64,000 bases of DNA, taken from an uncultured Verrucomicrobiae bacterium (GTDB lineage Bacteria > Verrucomicrobiota > Verrucomicrobiia > Chthoniobacterales > Chthoniobacteraceae). This document shows, piece by piece, positions 25,663-39,363 of this stretch (the stretch's first letter is position 1; every line of letters starts with the position of its first letter). The notes under the pieces were generated by a model, which did no database searches, was not told where the DNA came from, and saw only the letters and a list, made by a program, of their open reading frames with translations. The translations under genes and the position numbers were made by a program. The DNA lies in assembly GCA_963769025.1 (NCBI GenBank), contig CAVYKI010000003.1, positions 256,001 to 320,000 on the forward strand. Direction: 5' to 3'.

Positions 25663-26885
25663 CGGTCAAAAAAGCGGTGCGCGTCGCGGAGGATGGCACC
25701 CATGCGGTCCACTTCTCCGAGCGTGTTGTAGAAGTAGAAGCTCGCGCGGGTCGTGCCGGGGAGCTTGAGCTTGCGCATGAGCGGCTGGGTGCAGTGGTGG
25801 CCGCCGCGAAGCGCGAGGCCGTGCTCGTTCGCGTAGGTCGTGAGGTCGTGCGGGTGCGCCCATTCGGCGTGGAATGCGGCGAGCGCGCCGCGCTGGGTCT
25901 TCGGGCCGAGGACGCGGACGCCGGGGATTTCCTCGAGGTGCCGCACGGCACGCTCGGCCAGCTCCGCGTCGTGCGCGAAAATATTCTGCCGGCCGATGGC
26001 TTCGAGGTAATCGATCGCGGCGCCGAGACCGATGGCACCCGCGATGTTCGGCGTGCCCGCCTCGAATTTCCCCGGCGGCTGCTTGTACGTCGCGCGCTCG
26101 TAGGTGACGCTCACGATCATCTCCCCTCCCCCGTGCCACGGCGGGATTTTCTCCAGCAGCTCACGCCGCCCGTACAGCGCGCCGATGCCCGTGGGCGCGC
26201 AGACCTTGTGGCCGGAGAACACGTAAAAATCGCAGCCGATTTCGCGGACATTCACCGGCATGTGCCCGGCGGATTGCGCGCCATCCACGAGCGTCACCGC
26301 GCCGACTGCGCGGGCGGCACGGCAGAGTTCGGCTGCGGGATTGATGGTGCCGAGCGAGTTCGACACGTGCACGAAGGCGAACAGTTTCACCTCCGGCGTG
26401 AGCAGTTCGCCGAGCTTGTCGAGCGCGAGCGAGCCGTCGTCCGCGACGGGCACGAAACGCAGCTTCGCGCCCGTTTTCCCGGCGAGGATCTGCCACGGGA
26501 TGAGATTGCTGTGGTGCTCCATCTCCGTGAGCAAAATCACGTCGCCGGCCTTGAGGTTCGCCGCGCCCCACGTGTTCGCGACGAGGTTGATGCCCTCGGT
26601 CGTGCCGCGCGTGAACACGATTTCCTCCGCGCTCTCCGCGCCGAGGTAGCGGGCCACCTTCCCGCGCGCGCCCTCGTAGGCATCCGTCGCGCGCGAACTC
26701 AGCTCATGCAGCCCGCGATGCACGTTCGCGTTGTCGTTTTCGTAGTAATGGACGAGCGCCTCGATGACGGCGCGCGGCTTCTGCGAGCTGGCGGCGTTGT
26801 CGAGGTAGAGCAACGGCTTGCCATTCACCTCCTGCCGGAGAATCGGGAAATCGTCGCGGACTTTCGTCCAGTCGGTCTTGGTCAT
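25659..26885 (-). CDS. sufS: Cysteine desulfurase, SufS class
   Basis: YLDNAASSQKP, NVHRG, EHHSN, SGHK, FEAGTP and RGGHHC. Confidence 0.95.
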   Translation of the reverse strand: MTKTDWTKVRDDFPILRQEVNGKPLLYLDNAASSQKPRAVIEALVHYYENDNANVHRGLHELSSRATDAYEGARGKVARYLGAESAEEIVFTRGTTEGINLVANTWGAANLKAGDVILLTEMEHHSNLIPWQILAGKTGAKLRFVPVADDGSLALDKLGELLTPEVKLFAFVHVSNSLGTINPAAELCRAARAVGAVTLVDGAQSAGHMPVNVREIGCDFYVFSGHKVCAPTGIGALYGRRELLEKIPPWHGGGEMIVSVTYERATYKQPPGKFEAGTPNIAGAIGLGAAIDYLEAIGRQNIFAHDAELAERAVRHLEEIPGVRVLGPKTQRGALAAFHAEWAHPHDLTTYANEHGLALRGGHHCTQPLMRKLKLPGTTRASFYFYNTLGEVDRMGAILRDAHRFFDR

Positions 26886-27024
26886 CGCCGGCACCTTCTC
26901 ACCCCCGCGCCGCGGATTCAACTTCGGGCAGCGGATACTTTCCCAAAACATCGCGTCCCGGCAGCATGACACTGGCATTTTCGCGGGAGCGGGGTTATAC
27001 GGACACCCCTCCGCATTTCCCTAT

Positions 27025-27735
27025 ATGAACCCGCTCACCCGCCGCGACGCCCTCAAAACCCTCGTTCTCACCACCGGCGCAATCGCCACTTCGGGCGCCT
27101 TTGCGCAGCCCGCCGCCACGCCGCCGGAAGTCTTCAAGCTCCCCCCGCTCGGCTACGACTACGACGCACTGGAGCCGATCATCGACGCCGAGACGATGAA
27201 GATTCACCACGACAAGCACCACGCGGCGTACGTGGCGAAGCTGAACGCCGCCATCGCCAAGGAGCCGTCGCTCGCAAGCAAGACCATTGAGGATCTGCTC
27301 ACCAAGCTCGATGCCGCGCCGGAAGGTGTTCGCAACGACATCCGCAACCACGGCGGCGGACACTTCAACCACATGCTTTTCTGGCAGCACCTGAAAAAAG
27401 GAGCCGGCGGCGCACAGGGCGATCTGCTCAAGGCGATCGAGAAGACCTTTGGTTCGTTCGCAAAATGGCAGGAGCAGTTCGGTGACAGCGCGATGAAAGT
27501 TTTCGGCAGCGGCTGGACATGGCTCGTTCTCCGCAAGGGTGCGCTCGCCATTGAAAACACGCCCAACCAGGATTCACCGCTGAGCACCGGCGGCCAGCCG
27601 TTGCTCGGCATCGACGTATGGGAGCACGCGTACTACCTGAAGTACCAGAACCGGCGCGTCGAATACGTGAAGGCATTCCAGGACGTCATCCACTGGGAGT
27701 TCGTCGGCGCGCGCTACAAGAAGCTGAAGGCCTAG
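27025..27735 (+). CDS. Mn/Fe superoxide dismutase with Tat signal peptide
   Basis: TRRDALK Tat motif; HHDKHH, GGGHFNH, FGSGW and DVWEHAYY. Confidence 0.93.
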   Translation: MNPLTRRDALKTLVLTTGAIATSGAFAQPAATPPEVFKLPPLGYDYDALEPIIDAETMKIHHDKHHAAYVAKLNAAIAKEPSLASKTIEDLLTKLDAAPEGVRNDIRNHGGGHFNHMLFWQHLKKGAGGAQGDLLKAIEKTFGSFAKWQEQFGDSAMKVFGSGWTWLVLRKGALAIENTPNQDSPLSTGGQPLLGIDVWEHAYYLKYQNRRVEYVKAFQDVIHWEFVGARYKKLKA

Positions 27736-27772
27736 GCGCGGCGAGGGAGTCCCGGCGGCGTTTCCGAGACCG

Positions 27773-28639
27773 ATGACCAGCCCTGCGATCTCGATCGAGA
27801 ACCTGACCAAGGAGTTCACGAACCCCTCGGTGTTCCGCCGCGGGAAAATCACGGCCGTCAACAACCTGACGCTCAGCGTCGAGCCCGGCAGCGTGTACGG
27901 CCTGCTCGGGCCGAACGGCTCCGGGAAGAGCACCACGATGAAGATCGTGCTCGGCCTCGTCACGCCGACCTCGGGCCGCACGTTCATCTTCGGCCGCGAC
28001 AGCCGCGACGTGGAGAGCCGCGAGGCCGTCGGATTCCTGCCGGAGAATCCGTACTTCTACAAATTCCTCACCGGCTCCGAGACGCTCGATTTCTTCGGCA
28101 GGCTCTGCGGGCTCGGCGGGAAAATGCTGCGCGACCGCTCGCGGGAACTCCTCGCGCTCGTCGGCCTGGAGGAGGCGGCGGATCGGCGCGTCGGCGGATA
28201 TTCGAAGGGCATGCTCCAGCGCATCGGCCTCGCGCAGGCGCTCGTGCAGGAGCCGCGGCTGCTCGTGCTCGATGAACCGACCGCCGGCGTGGATCCGGCG
28301 GGCTCGCGCGAGATTCGCGACCTGATTCTGAAGCTCAAGCAGCGCGGCATCACCGTCATGCTCTGCTCGCACCTGCTCAGCCAGGTGCAGGAAATCTGCG
28401 ACCGCATCGGCATCATGCACTACGGCAAACTCGTCCGGGAAGGGCCGCTCGATGAACTCATCACCATCGAAAACCAGACCGAGCTCGTCCTCGAAAACGC
28501 CACGCCTGCGCTGCTCGCCGAATTGCGCGAGCGCGCCGCAGCCGGCGGCGCGCGGGTGCTCGGCACGAACAAGCCGCAGCAAAACCTCGAGCGCTACTTT
28601 CTCGGCGTGACCGGCGAGGCGAAGGGCGAATACAAATGA
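27773..28639 (+). CDS. ABC transporter ATP-binding protein
   Basis: GPNGSGKST, YSKGM and LDEP. Confidence 0.93.
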   Translation: MTSPAISIENLTKEFTNPSVFRRGKITAVNNLTLSVEPGSVYGLLGPNGSGKSTTMKIVLGLVTPTSGRTFIFGRDSRDVESREAVGFLPENPYFYKFLTGSETLDFFGRLCGLGGKMLRDRSRELLALVGLEEAADRRVGGYSKGMLQRIGLAQALVQEPRLLVLDEPTAGVDPAGSREIRDLILKLKQRGITVMLCSHLLSQVQEICDRIGIMHYGKLVREGPLDELITIENQTELVLENATPALLAELRERAAAGGARVLGTNKPQQNLERYFLGVTGEAKGEYK

Positions 28640-29556
28640 CTCCCGAAAGCTCCACCACCGTCGCGACGGTCCACGCCTCCGCGCACAAGCTCTTCTCCGG
28701 CCGGCGCACGTGGGCCATCGCGTCGAACACGTTCCGCGATCTCGTCCGGCAGAAGGTGTTCTACTTCATGCTCGTCTTCGCGCTGATCCTCATCGCGACC
28801 TCGCTCGCGATGGCCTCGATCTCCTTCCAGGGCCAGCTCCAGACGGTGATGGATGTCTGCCTCGGCGCGATGTCCGTTTTTACGATGCTCCTCGCAGTGC
28901 TCTCGACGGCGATGCTGCTGCCGAAGGACATGGAGGACCGCACGCTTTACACCATCCTCGCGAAGCCGGTCGCGCGCTTCGAATACGTCCTGGGGAAGCT
29001 CATCGGCGTCACGATGATCCTGCTCGTGGCCACGCTGCTGATGACGGCGGCATTCTGCGTCGTGCTCTACTACTGGCAGGGCCGGGAGATCGAAAACCTC
29101 CGGCTCACGGAAGCGCCCGAGCGCGCCGCGGCAGAGATCGCAGCCCTGAAGACGGGCACATTCACGCCGACGCTGTTCGGCGGCATCGGCGTGATTTTCC
29201 TCCGCTCCATCGTGTGCGCGACGCTGACGCTGATGCTCTCGTGCTTCTCGACCTCATGGCTGTTCACCGTGATCACCTCGCTGATGATGATCCTCATCGG
29301 CCACCTCGTGCCGATCGCACGGAGCGTCTGGCAGGGACCGTTCGGCGCGGCGGATGTGGCATTCCCCGTCGCGATCCTGCTGCGCTTCATCACGGTTTTT
29401 TTCCCGGACATGCAGCTTTTCAATGTGGTGGATGACATCGCCGTCGGCGTCACGGTGAGCGCGGACGTCTTCCTCCGCGTCGGCGCGCTCGGGGCCGGCT
29501 ACATCGCGATCTACCTGCTCGTCGGCTATCTCTTTTTTGCGTGGCGGGAGCTATGA
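28636..29556 (+). CDS. ABC-2-type permease (PilI/XapB-like)
   Basis: Multi-TM; RTLYTILAKPVAR..YVLGK motif. Confidence 0.8.
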   Translation: MTPESSTTVATVHASAHKLFSGRRTWAIASNTFRDLVRQKVFYFMLVFALILIATSLAMASISFQGQLQTVMDVCLGAMSVFTMLLAVLSTAMLLPKDMEDRTLYTILAKPVARFEYVLGKLIGVTMILLVATLLMTAAFCVVLYYWQGREIENLRLTEAPERAAAEIAALKTGTFTPTLFGGIGVIFLRSIVCATLTLMLSCFSTSWLFTVITSLMMILIGHLVPIARSVWQGPFGAADVAFPVAILLRFITVFFPDMQLFNVVDDIAVGVTVSADVFLRVGALGAGYIAIYLLVGYLFFAWREL

Positions 29557-29575
29557 AGCCGGGAGCTGAACTCCG

Positions 29576-30436
29576 ATGAAGGGCCGCATCCTCGGCATCC
29601 TCGTGTTGCTCGCGTGGGGGATCATCAAGTCGCCCATCGAGGCGCACCTCGAGCAGAAGATGGAGGACGCGCGGCTCGGCGGGTTCAAGCCGACCGCGAG
29701 CCTCCGCCAGCAGGCGGGGCAGGCGGGATTCCTCGCGGCGCTCGGCGGGTTGCGCGCGGCGGTCGCCGACATGCTTTGGATCCGCGCGACCGTCGCCTGG
29801 CAGGATGTGCAGTACGGCCGCATGAAGCTGCTCTTCGACACGTGCACCGCCATGCAGCCGCGGCGCGTGAATTTCTGGGACATCAGCGCGTGGCACATGG
29901 CCTGGAACGGAGCCGCGTACATCGAAAACCACGAGCCGGACCCCGTCGCTCGGAGGGTGAAAATGATGGAGTTTTTCAAGCTCGGCGAAGATTTCCTGCT
30001 GCGCGGAATCGAGAGCAACCCGGACAGCTGGGAGCTCTACGACAAGCTCGGCCTGCTCTACCGGGACAAGTTCAAGGACATGGCGAAAGCCTCGGCGGCG
30101 TACGACGAGGCGTCGAAGCGCCCGGGCCGTCTCGATTACACGCGCCGCTTCGCCGCCTACACGCTCGCCGAGGTCCCCGGCCGCGAGCAGGAAGCGTATG
30201 ACAGGCTGATGGCGCTTTTCCGCGAGAGCGAACACGAGTGGCTGCCGACGCTCTTCCGCCAGATCCAGAAACTCGAGGCGCGGCTCGACATCCCGGACGA
30301 AAAGCGCATCTACCACGTCATCGTGAAACTCGCCGACATTCCGGGAAAGGAGGACTCCGCTTACACCGCGCTGCGCGATCTCATCAAGACCGGCGCGCGC
30401 CAGCCGGCGGTGCTCGATGCGATGCGGCAGTCTTGA
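29576..30436 (+). CDS. Membrane-anchored TPR-like hypothetical protein
   Basis: N-terminal TM; LGGLRAAVADMLW, AWHMAWN and GIESNPDSWELY helical repeats. Confidence 0.7.
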   Translation: MKGRILGILVLLAWGIIKSPIEAHLEQKMEDARLGGFKPTASLRQQAGQAGFLAALGGLRAAVADMLWIRATVAWQDVQYGRMKLLFDTCTAMQPRRVNFWDISAWHMAWNGAAYIENHEPDPVARRVKMMEFFKLGEDFLLRGIESNPDSWELYDKLGLLYRDKFKDMAKASAAYDEASKRPGRLDYTRRFAAYTLAEVPGREQEAYDRLMALFRESEHEWLPTLFRQIQKLEARLDIPDEKRIYHVIVKLADIPGKEDSAYTALRDLIKTGARQPAVLDAMRQS

Positions 30437-30509
30437 ACAAAAGATGGACATCCCCGCCGAGCGCCGGATTAAGTTGCCCGCTCACGACTAGCCCCCTCAG
30501 ACAGAACCG

Positions 30510-31235
30510 ATGCGAATCGCCATCTTCGGAGACATCCACTCAAACCTCGAAGCCCTCCAGGCAGTGCTGGCGGACGCCAAGGCGCATCACTGCACTCACT
30601 TCGTCTGCCTCGGCGACATCGTCGGCTACAATGCGAACCCGAAGGAGTGCCTCGACATCGTCCGCGCGCTGGAATGCCCGACGGTGAAAGGAAACCACGA
30701 CGAGCTCGCGTGCATGAGCAACCATCCGAGCAACGTCTCGGGCCTCGCCAACGAAGGCATCACCTTCACCCGGTCGCAGCTCACGCCCGAGGATCTCGTG
30801 TGGCTCGACTCGCTGAAATTCGTCCGGCAGGTGCGCGACTTCACGGTCGTCCACGCGACGCTCGATACGCCGACCAAGTGGGGCTACGTCCTGAACCAGC
30901 TCGATGCGGGCGCAAGCTTCAGCTACCAGCACACGCAGCTGTGCTTCTTCGGCCACACGCACGTCCCGCGCGCCTACATCCGCGATCACCATGTGCGGAC
31001 CGTGGATAGCTGGGACACGATCATCGTCGAAGCGGGGAAGAAATATTTCCTCAATGTCGGCAGCGTCGGGCAGCCGCGCGACGGCAACTGGCGCGCATCG
31101 TACGCGATTTATCATCCAAAAGAGCACCATGTCGAACTCCGGCGGCTGGATTACGACGTCGAAACCGCGCAGAAAAAAATCATCGCCGCCGGACTGCCGC
31201 CACGGCTCGCCACGCGCCTGGGCGAAGGACGCTGA
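30510..31235 (+). CDS. Metallophosphoesterase family protein
   Basis: GDIHSN, LGDIVGY, GNHD, GHTH and GSVGQPRD. Confidence 0.9.
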   Translation: MRIAIFGDIHSNLEALQAVLADAKAHHCTHFVCLGDIVGYNANPKECLDIVRALECPTVKGNHDELACMSNHPSNVSGLANEGITFTRSQLTPEDLVWLDSLKFVRQVRDFTVVHATLDTPTKWGYVLNQLDAGASFSYQHTQLCFFGHTHVPRAYIRDHHVRTVDSWDTIIVEAGKKYFLNVGSVGQPRDGNWRASYAIYHPKEHHVELRRLDYDVETAQKKIIAAGLPPRLATRLGEGR

Positions 31236-31271
31236 ATTGCGGCGCTGGCGCTGCGGTGAACCGGCATTTTT

Positions 31272-32237
31272 GTGACGGACCCGCGATCCATCCTCATCAT
31301 CAAGCCGAGTTCGCTCGGCGACGTGGTGCATGCGCTGCCCGCCGTCGCGCGCGTCCGCAGACGCTGGCCCGCCGCGAAGCTCCGCTGGCTCGTAAACACG
31401 GAGTGGGCGCCCATCCTCGAAGGGAATCCCGACATCGATGAGATCATCGAATTCCCACGGCAGCGCTTTCGCGGCCTCGCGGGATGGGCCAGGCTCCCGC
31501 GTTGGATTCGCGAATTACGCGAGCGGACAAGCCCGGACCTGACGCTCGATTTCCAGGGACTGCTGCGCAGCGCGTGGATCGCGCGCGGCGTCGGCGGCGA
31601 GTGCTGGGGAACTTCCGACTCACGGGAATGCGCGCGCCTTTTTCACCGCCGCATGGTCAGCGTCCCGCCGCGCTCCGAACCGGTCCACGCGGTGAAGCGT
31701 TACCTTGCGCTCGTCGCGGCGCTGGGCTGCGACGTTTCGGAGCCGCTCGAATGGAGGCTGCCCGCCGGCTCGGCACCCGCGGGCTGCCCGTCCGGATTCA
31801 TTCTGCTGCACCCCTTTTCCCGCGGCGAAGGCAAATCGCTCACCGCCACGGAAGTCACCGAGTTTTGCCGCTCGCTCGCGCCGGCAAAAGTCGTGCTCGC
31901 AGGCCGCTCCGATCTCGCGATTTCGCCGCTGGAAAACACGACCAACCTGCTCAACCGGACCACGCTGCCCGAACTGTGCTGGCTGCTGCGGCGGGCAGCG
32001 TTCGCCGTCAGCGTGGACAGCGGCCCCATGCACATCGCGGCCGCGTTATCCCAAAATTTGCTCTCCATCCACATGTGGAGCGACCCGCGGAAAGTCGGGC
32101 CTTATGCGCCGGGTGCGTGGGTCTGGAAGGACGGCAAGGTCGGACGAATGGCCGATTTCCCCGCGGGCGCCGACGTGGCGCGGAATGATCTCGGACGCTG
32201 GGTCGCGGAAAAATCACGCCAGATGCGAAACGGCTGA
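31272..32237 (+). CDS. Glycosyltransferase family 9 (LPS heptosyltransferase-like)
   Basis: KPSSLGDVVH, DFQGLLRS and DSGPMHIAAA. Confidence 0.9.
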   Translation: MTDPRSILIIKPSSLGDVVHALPAVARVRRRWPAAKLRWLVNTEWAPILEGNPDIDEIIEFPRQRFRGLAGWARLPRWIRELRERTSPDLTLDFQGLLRSAWIARGVGGECWGTSDSRECARLFHRRMVSVPPRSEPVHAVKRYLALVAALGCDVSEPLEWRLPAGSAPAGCPSGFILLHPFSRGEGKSLTATEVTEFCRSLAPAKVVLAGRSDLAISPLENTTNLLNRTTLPELCWLLRRAAFAVSVDSGPMHIAAALSQNLLSIHMWSDPRKVGPYAPGAWVWKDGKVGRMADFPAGADVARNDLGRWVAEKSRQMRNG

Positions 32238-32302
32238 ATCGGCTGGTAACGGCCGTCACAGTTTGCGGCAACTTGGAAGGCGCCGCCTCATCCGCGACGG
32301 GA

Positions 32303-32611
32303 CTACTTCGGCTGCTTCAGTTTTGCGCCGAGCCTTTCGCCAAATGTCGTGAACTGGTTCACCACGTCCGGGATCCGCTGAAGCACCGCCTTGGCGAGTT
32401 TCTCGAGGTGCGCCGGGTTGCGCTGACCGAGTTCGCTGAGCGCCATGATGACCGCAAAGGTGTTGTTTATCCCGTGCTTCATCTCGCGATAATGCGCGTG
32501 GAGTTCCTCGAGTTCGGTGCGATTCAGGAGCGGGTCGCTGGGATCCATGAGATTGGTGGCTGGGACTTGGTCGAGGGTCATGGGCGCGCTTTCGGCTGTC
32601 GGTAGTGACAT
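32303..32611 (-). CDS. Small protein with a HisKA/H-box-like helix pair
   Basis: EMKHGINNTFAVIMALSEL resembles an H-box; no ATPase domain. Confidence 0.5.
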   Translation of the reverse strand: MSLPTAESAPMTLDQVPATNLMDPSDPLLNRTELEELHAHYREMKHGINNTFAVIMALSELGQRNPAHLEKLAKAVLQRIPDVVNQFTTFGERLGAKLKQPK

Positions 32612-32746
32612 TGGGATGACCCCTGCAAGCGCAGGAACAGTGCCAGCTCCAAGGCTTTCTGCCAAGGCCCCCGCCTCATTCAAGATTCCGCTTTTCCAGA
32701 GGTTCCCGCGAGTGCTTCACTGGGCGGTTACACAGATGCGCCCCGA

Positions 32747-35656
<2,910 letters not shown>

Positions 35657-35660
<4 letters not shown>

Positions 35661-38119
35661 AGACGCCGAAACTGCCACAATTTGCGCTCGCGTTCCTGCT
35701 TGCCGCGGCGACGGCCGGCGCGGCTGAGCGCGCCTTGATCGGCGAAGCGCGGGAGGCGATTGAGGAAAACATCCCGGCGGTCGCGATTGAAAAACTGCGC
35801 CAGGCGCTCACCGACCTTCCCGCCGGGGACGCAGACAGAAAAGCGGCCCTCGCGCTGCTGGCGGAGGCGCAGCTGAATGCCGGCCAGCCCGCGGACGCCC
35901 TCGACACGCTCGCGCAATTTTCCGACGCCGGCCCCGCAGCCACGAAGCTGCGCGCGATGGCGCTCACCGCGCTGGGCCGCTGGACCGAGGCGCTGCCGCA
36001 TTTCCGCACGCTCGCCACCAGCGCGCCGGATGCCGCCGCGGCGCATGCCGGGGAATCCGAATGCCTCCAGGCGCTCGGGCGCACGCAAGAGGCGGCGGAT
36101 GTGCTGCGGCCCGTCGCGCTCGCGAGCGACGCACCGTGCGCGCTCCGGCTCCGTCTCGCCTCGCTCCTCGTCGAACTCGGCCAGGCCGACGAGGCCCGTC
36201 CGCTCCTCCAATCGATGCACGCCCCCACGCCGACGGAGGATCACTGGCGGTGCTACATCCAGGCGCGCATCCATCTTCAGGAAAACAAGCCGCTCGCCGC
36301 GCTGGAGGATCTCGCCCCTCTCCGTGGGCGATGCGACCGGCCTCGCACCCCGCCGGTCTCACGCAGAATCTCCGCGCCGCCGCCACGCTCGCCGAGGCCG
36401 ACGCCCGGCTCGCCGCGAGCGGGCCGGAGACAGCGGAAAAGGTGCTCGAGGCCTTCATCCGCCAGAACCCCGAAAGCCCGCACGTCGAGACGATCTTTCG
36501 CCGGCTCGATCAGATTTACGCAGTCGATCCCAGCACCGACGAAGGCCCGCTCACCCGCATGGCCGCCGAGCTTCCGCCGCAGACCGCAGCCATTGCACAA
36601 TTCTACCTCGCGCGCGCACACATGCGCGCGAAGCGCAACCGATCGTTCCGACGACGCGCTTAAGACGTTCCTCACGCGCTTCCCCGACAACCGGCTGACA
36701 CCTTACGTCCATGCCATGCTCGCGGAAAATGCCCAGGCCCGCGGCGATCTCACGGGTGCGGAGACGGCGCTCGATGCCGCCTCGCGCACGGCGCAGACGG
36801 AATCGCTGCGCGGCGAACTCGCCCTCCAGACCGCGCTGCTCAATCTCCAGCAGGGCGAATTCGTCCGCGCTTCCACGGGCTTCCGCAATGCGGCGCTGCG
36901 CTCGCCGGCTTTGAAAACCAGCGCCCGCTACGACTCGGCGCTCGCCTGGTTGCGGCAGAAAAACTACGCGCGCTTCCGCACCGAGCTCGCGGCATTCACA
37001 GCCGAGTCCACCGACCCGGTGCTCGCCGGGAATCTCCGGATCGAGGAAGGCCTCGTCCACGCGCGCGCCGGGGGCAGGGAGGCGCAGCCGGCGCTCAGGG
37101 CGTTCCTCGTTGATTTCAAGACGCACCCGCGCCGCGCCGAGGCACAGCTCGCGCTCGCCGAGCTCGCGCTGAACGACGGAAGCGTCGCCGATGCGCAAAA
37201 GCTCCAGCGTGCCGTCGTCGCGGCCGACACGACTCCCGAGCTGCGCGAGCAGGCGGAGTACCTCGGCATTTTCCTCGATGCCGCGCAGACGCCGCGCAAC
37301 GAGGAGCAGGCCATCGCCCGGGCGCGCGACTTCATCCGGCAGCACCCTGCATCCGCCGTCCTCGGCGAAGTGCGCATGAAGCTCGGGGAGATCTATTTTC
37401 GCCGCGAGGACTACCTGAGTGCTCAGGAGCAATTCGAGACCCTCGCCCGCGAGCACTCCGACGGCCCGCATGCGACCGCCGCCCTTTTCCTCGCCGGTCA
37501 GTGCTCGATGAAGCTGCTCAACACGGCCTCGCTCAACCGCGCGCTGGAGCTCTTCGGCGCCGTCGTGGAAAAGCGCGGGCCGCTCGAGGCGCACGCGCGG
37601 CTCCACCAGGCCCTTGTGAAATCGAAACTCGGCGCGCCCGACGACGCCGTGAAAATCTACGACAGCATCCTCTCCGCGCAGCCGCCCGTGGAGCCGGAGC
37701 TGCGCCTCGCCGCGCTCACCGGCAAGGCCGACAACCTCGTCACCCTCGGCAAGACGGACCCCAAGCAGTTCGCCGCCGCCATCGCCACCTACGATCAGAT
37801 CATCGCGACGGAAAAGGCCCCGCCTTCGTGGCGCAACCAGGCCGCGTACAAAAAGGCGAAGATCCTCGAGCAGCAGGATCAGCGCGACGCCGCGCTCGTC
37901 ATTTTCTACGACATCCTCAAGGGGGCCGCGACCGGGCCGCGCGAGACGTTCTGGTTTGCGAAGGCGGGCTTTGACGCCGCCGCTCTCGTCGAAGCGCGCC
38001 AGCAGTGGAAGAGCGCCGTCGGCATCTACGAAAAGATGGCGGCCATTCCCGGCCCCCACGCCGAGCAGGCGAGGCAGCGCGTGCGCAAGCTGCGGCTGGA
38101 GCACTTCCTGTGGGATTAG
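35657..38119 (+). CDS. Secreted TPR-repeat protein (compensating frameshifts about 36330-36645)
   Basis: Signal peptide; many TPR/BamD-like helices ([21 protein letters not shown]). Confidence 0.8.
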
Positions 38120-38238
38120 CGCGCGATGCCCTTGCGAGGGGGGGCCGCCCACCGAATTTTCAGTTTCCACCGTCACTTTTTCCACGTATCTCCGCCGCCC
38201 CCAAGGACAGCACTCTGACTCCAACCTTCATCCATCCC

Positions 38239-39309
38239 ATGCCGAAACTTTTCATCCCCGGTCCCGTCGAAGTCTCCGAAAAAACCTTCCGCGCCATGTG
38301 CCGGCCGATGATCGGGCACCGCAGCAACGATTTTAAAAAGCTCTACGGGGGCATCCAGCCGCGGCTGAAGGAGCTCTTCGGCACGACGCAGCCGGTGTTG
38401 CTTTCCACGTCGAGCGCGTGGGGCGTGATGGAAGGCTCGGTGCGCAATCTCGTTGGCACGGGCAAGGTGCTGAACTGCATGTGCGGCGCGTTTTCGGACA
38501 AGTGGTTCGACGTTTCCAAGAAGTGCGGCAAGGACGCGGTGTCGCTCGCGGTCGAGTGGGGCCAGCCGATTCGCGGCGAGCAGATCCGCGCGCATCTCAA
38601 GCAGGGCGGCTTCGACGCGGTGACGCTCATCCACAACGAGACCTCGACGGGCGTGATGTCGAACATCGAGGAGATCGCGGCGGTGATGCGGGAGTTTCCC
38701 GGACGTGTGCCTGATCGTGGACACGGTGTCGTCGTTCAGCGTGGTGCCGATGCCGATGGACGAACTGGGCATCGATGTGCTGCTCACCGGCTCGCAGAAG
38801 GCGCTCGCGATGCCGCCGGGGCTCGCGCTTTTCGCCGCGAGCAAGAAGGCGATGGACAAGGCGGCGACGGTGAAGGGTCGCGGCTACTATTTCGACTTCG
38901 TGGAGTTCGCGAAGAACCAGGCCGAGGACATGACGCCGAGCACGCCGAGCATCGCGCACATCTACGCGCTGCGAATCGAAGCTCGACGACATTTTCACCG
39001 AAGGCGTGGAGCGCGCCACGCGCGGCACGCGGAGAACAACGCGATGGTCCACGACTGGGTGCGCGCGGCACGGGTTCGAGTTCTTCGCGCCGGAGGGCTT
39101 CCGCTCGAAGTCGCTCACGTGCATCGCGAACAACAAGGGCATCGACGTCGCGGAACTCGGCAAGAAGGCGAAAGACCGCGGGTTCATCATCGATGGCGGC
39201 TACGGGAAGCTGAAGGGAAAGACTTTCCGCCTTTCCAACATGGGCGACGAGACGCCGGCGACGATGCAGCGAGCTGCTCACGGCGCTCGACGCCTGCCTC
39301 GCCGCCTGA
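38239..39309 (+). CDS. Class V aminotransferase (alanine-glyoxylate/serine-pyruvate type; frameshifted)
   Basis: LFIPGPVEV, IGHRS, HNETSTG, DTVSS, GSQKALAMPPG and FRLSNMG. Confidence 0.88.
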
Positions 39310-39363
39310 CGGCACCCGCTCCGCCCTCGACAGTCGGCATGGCAGGAGACAGAGTCCCGCGAA

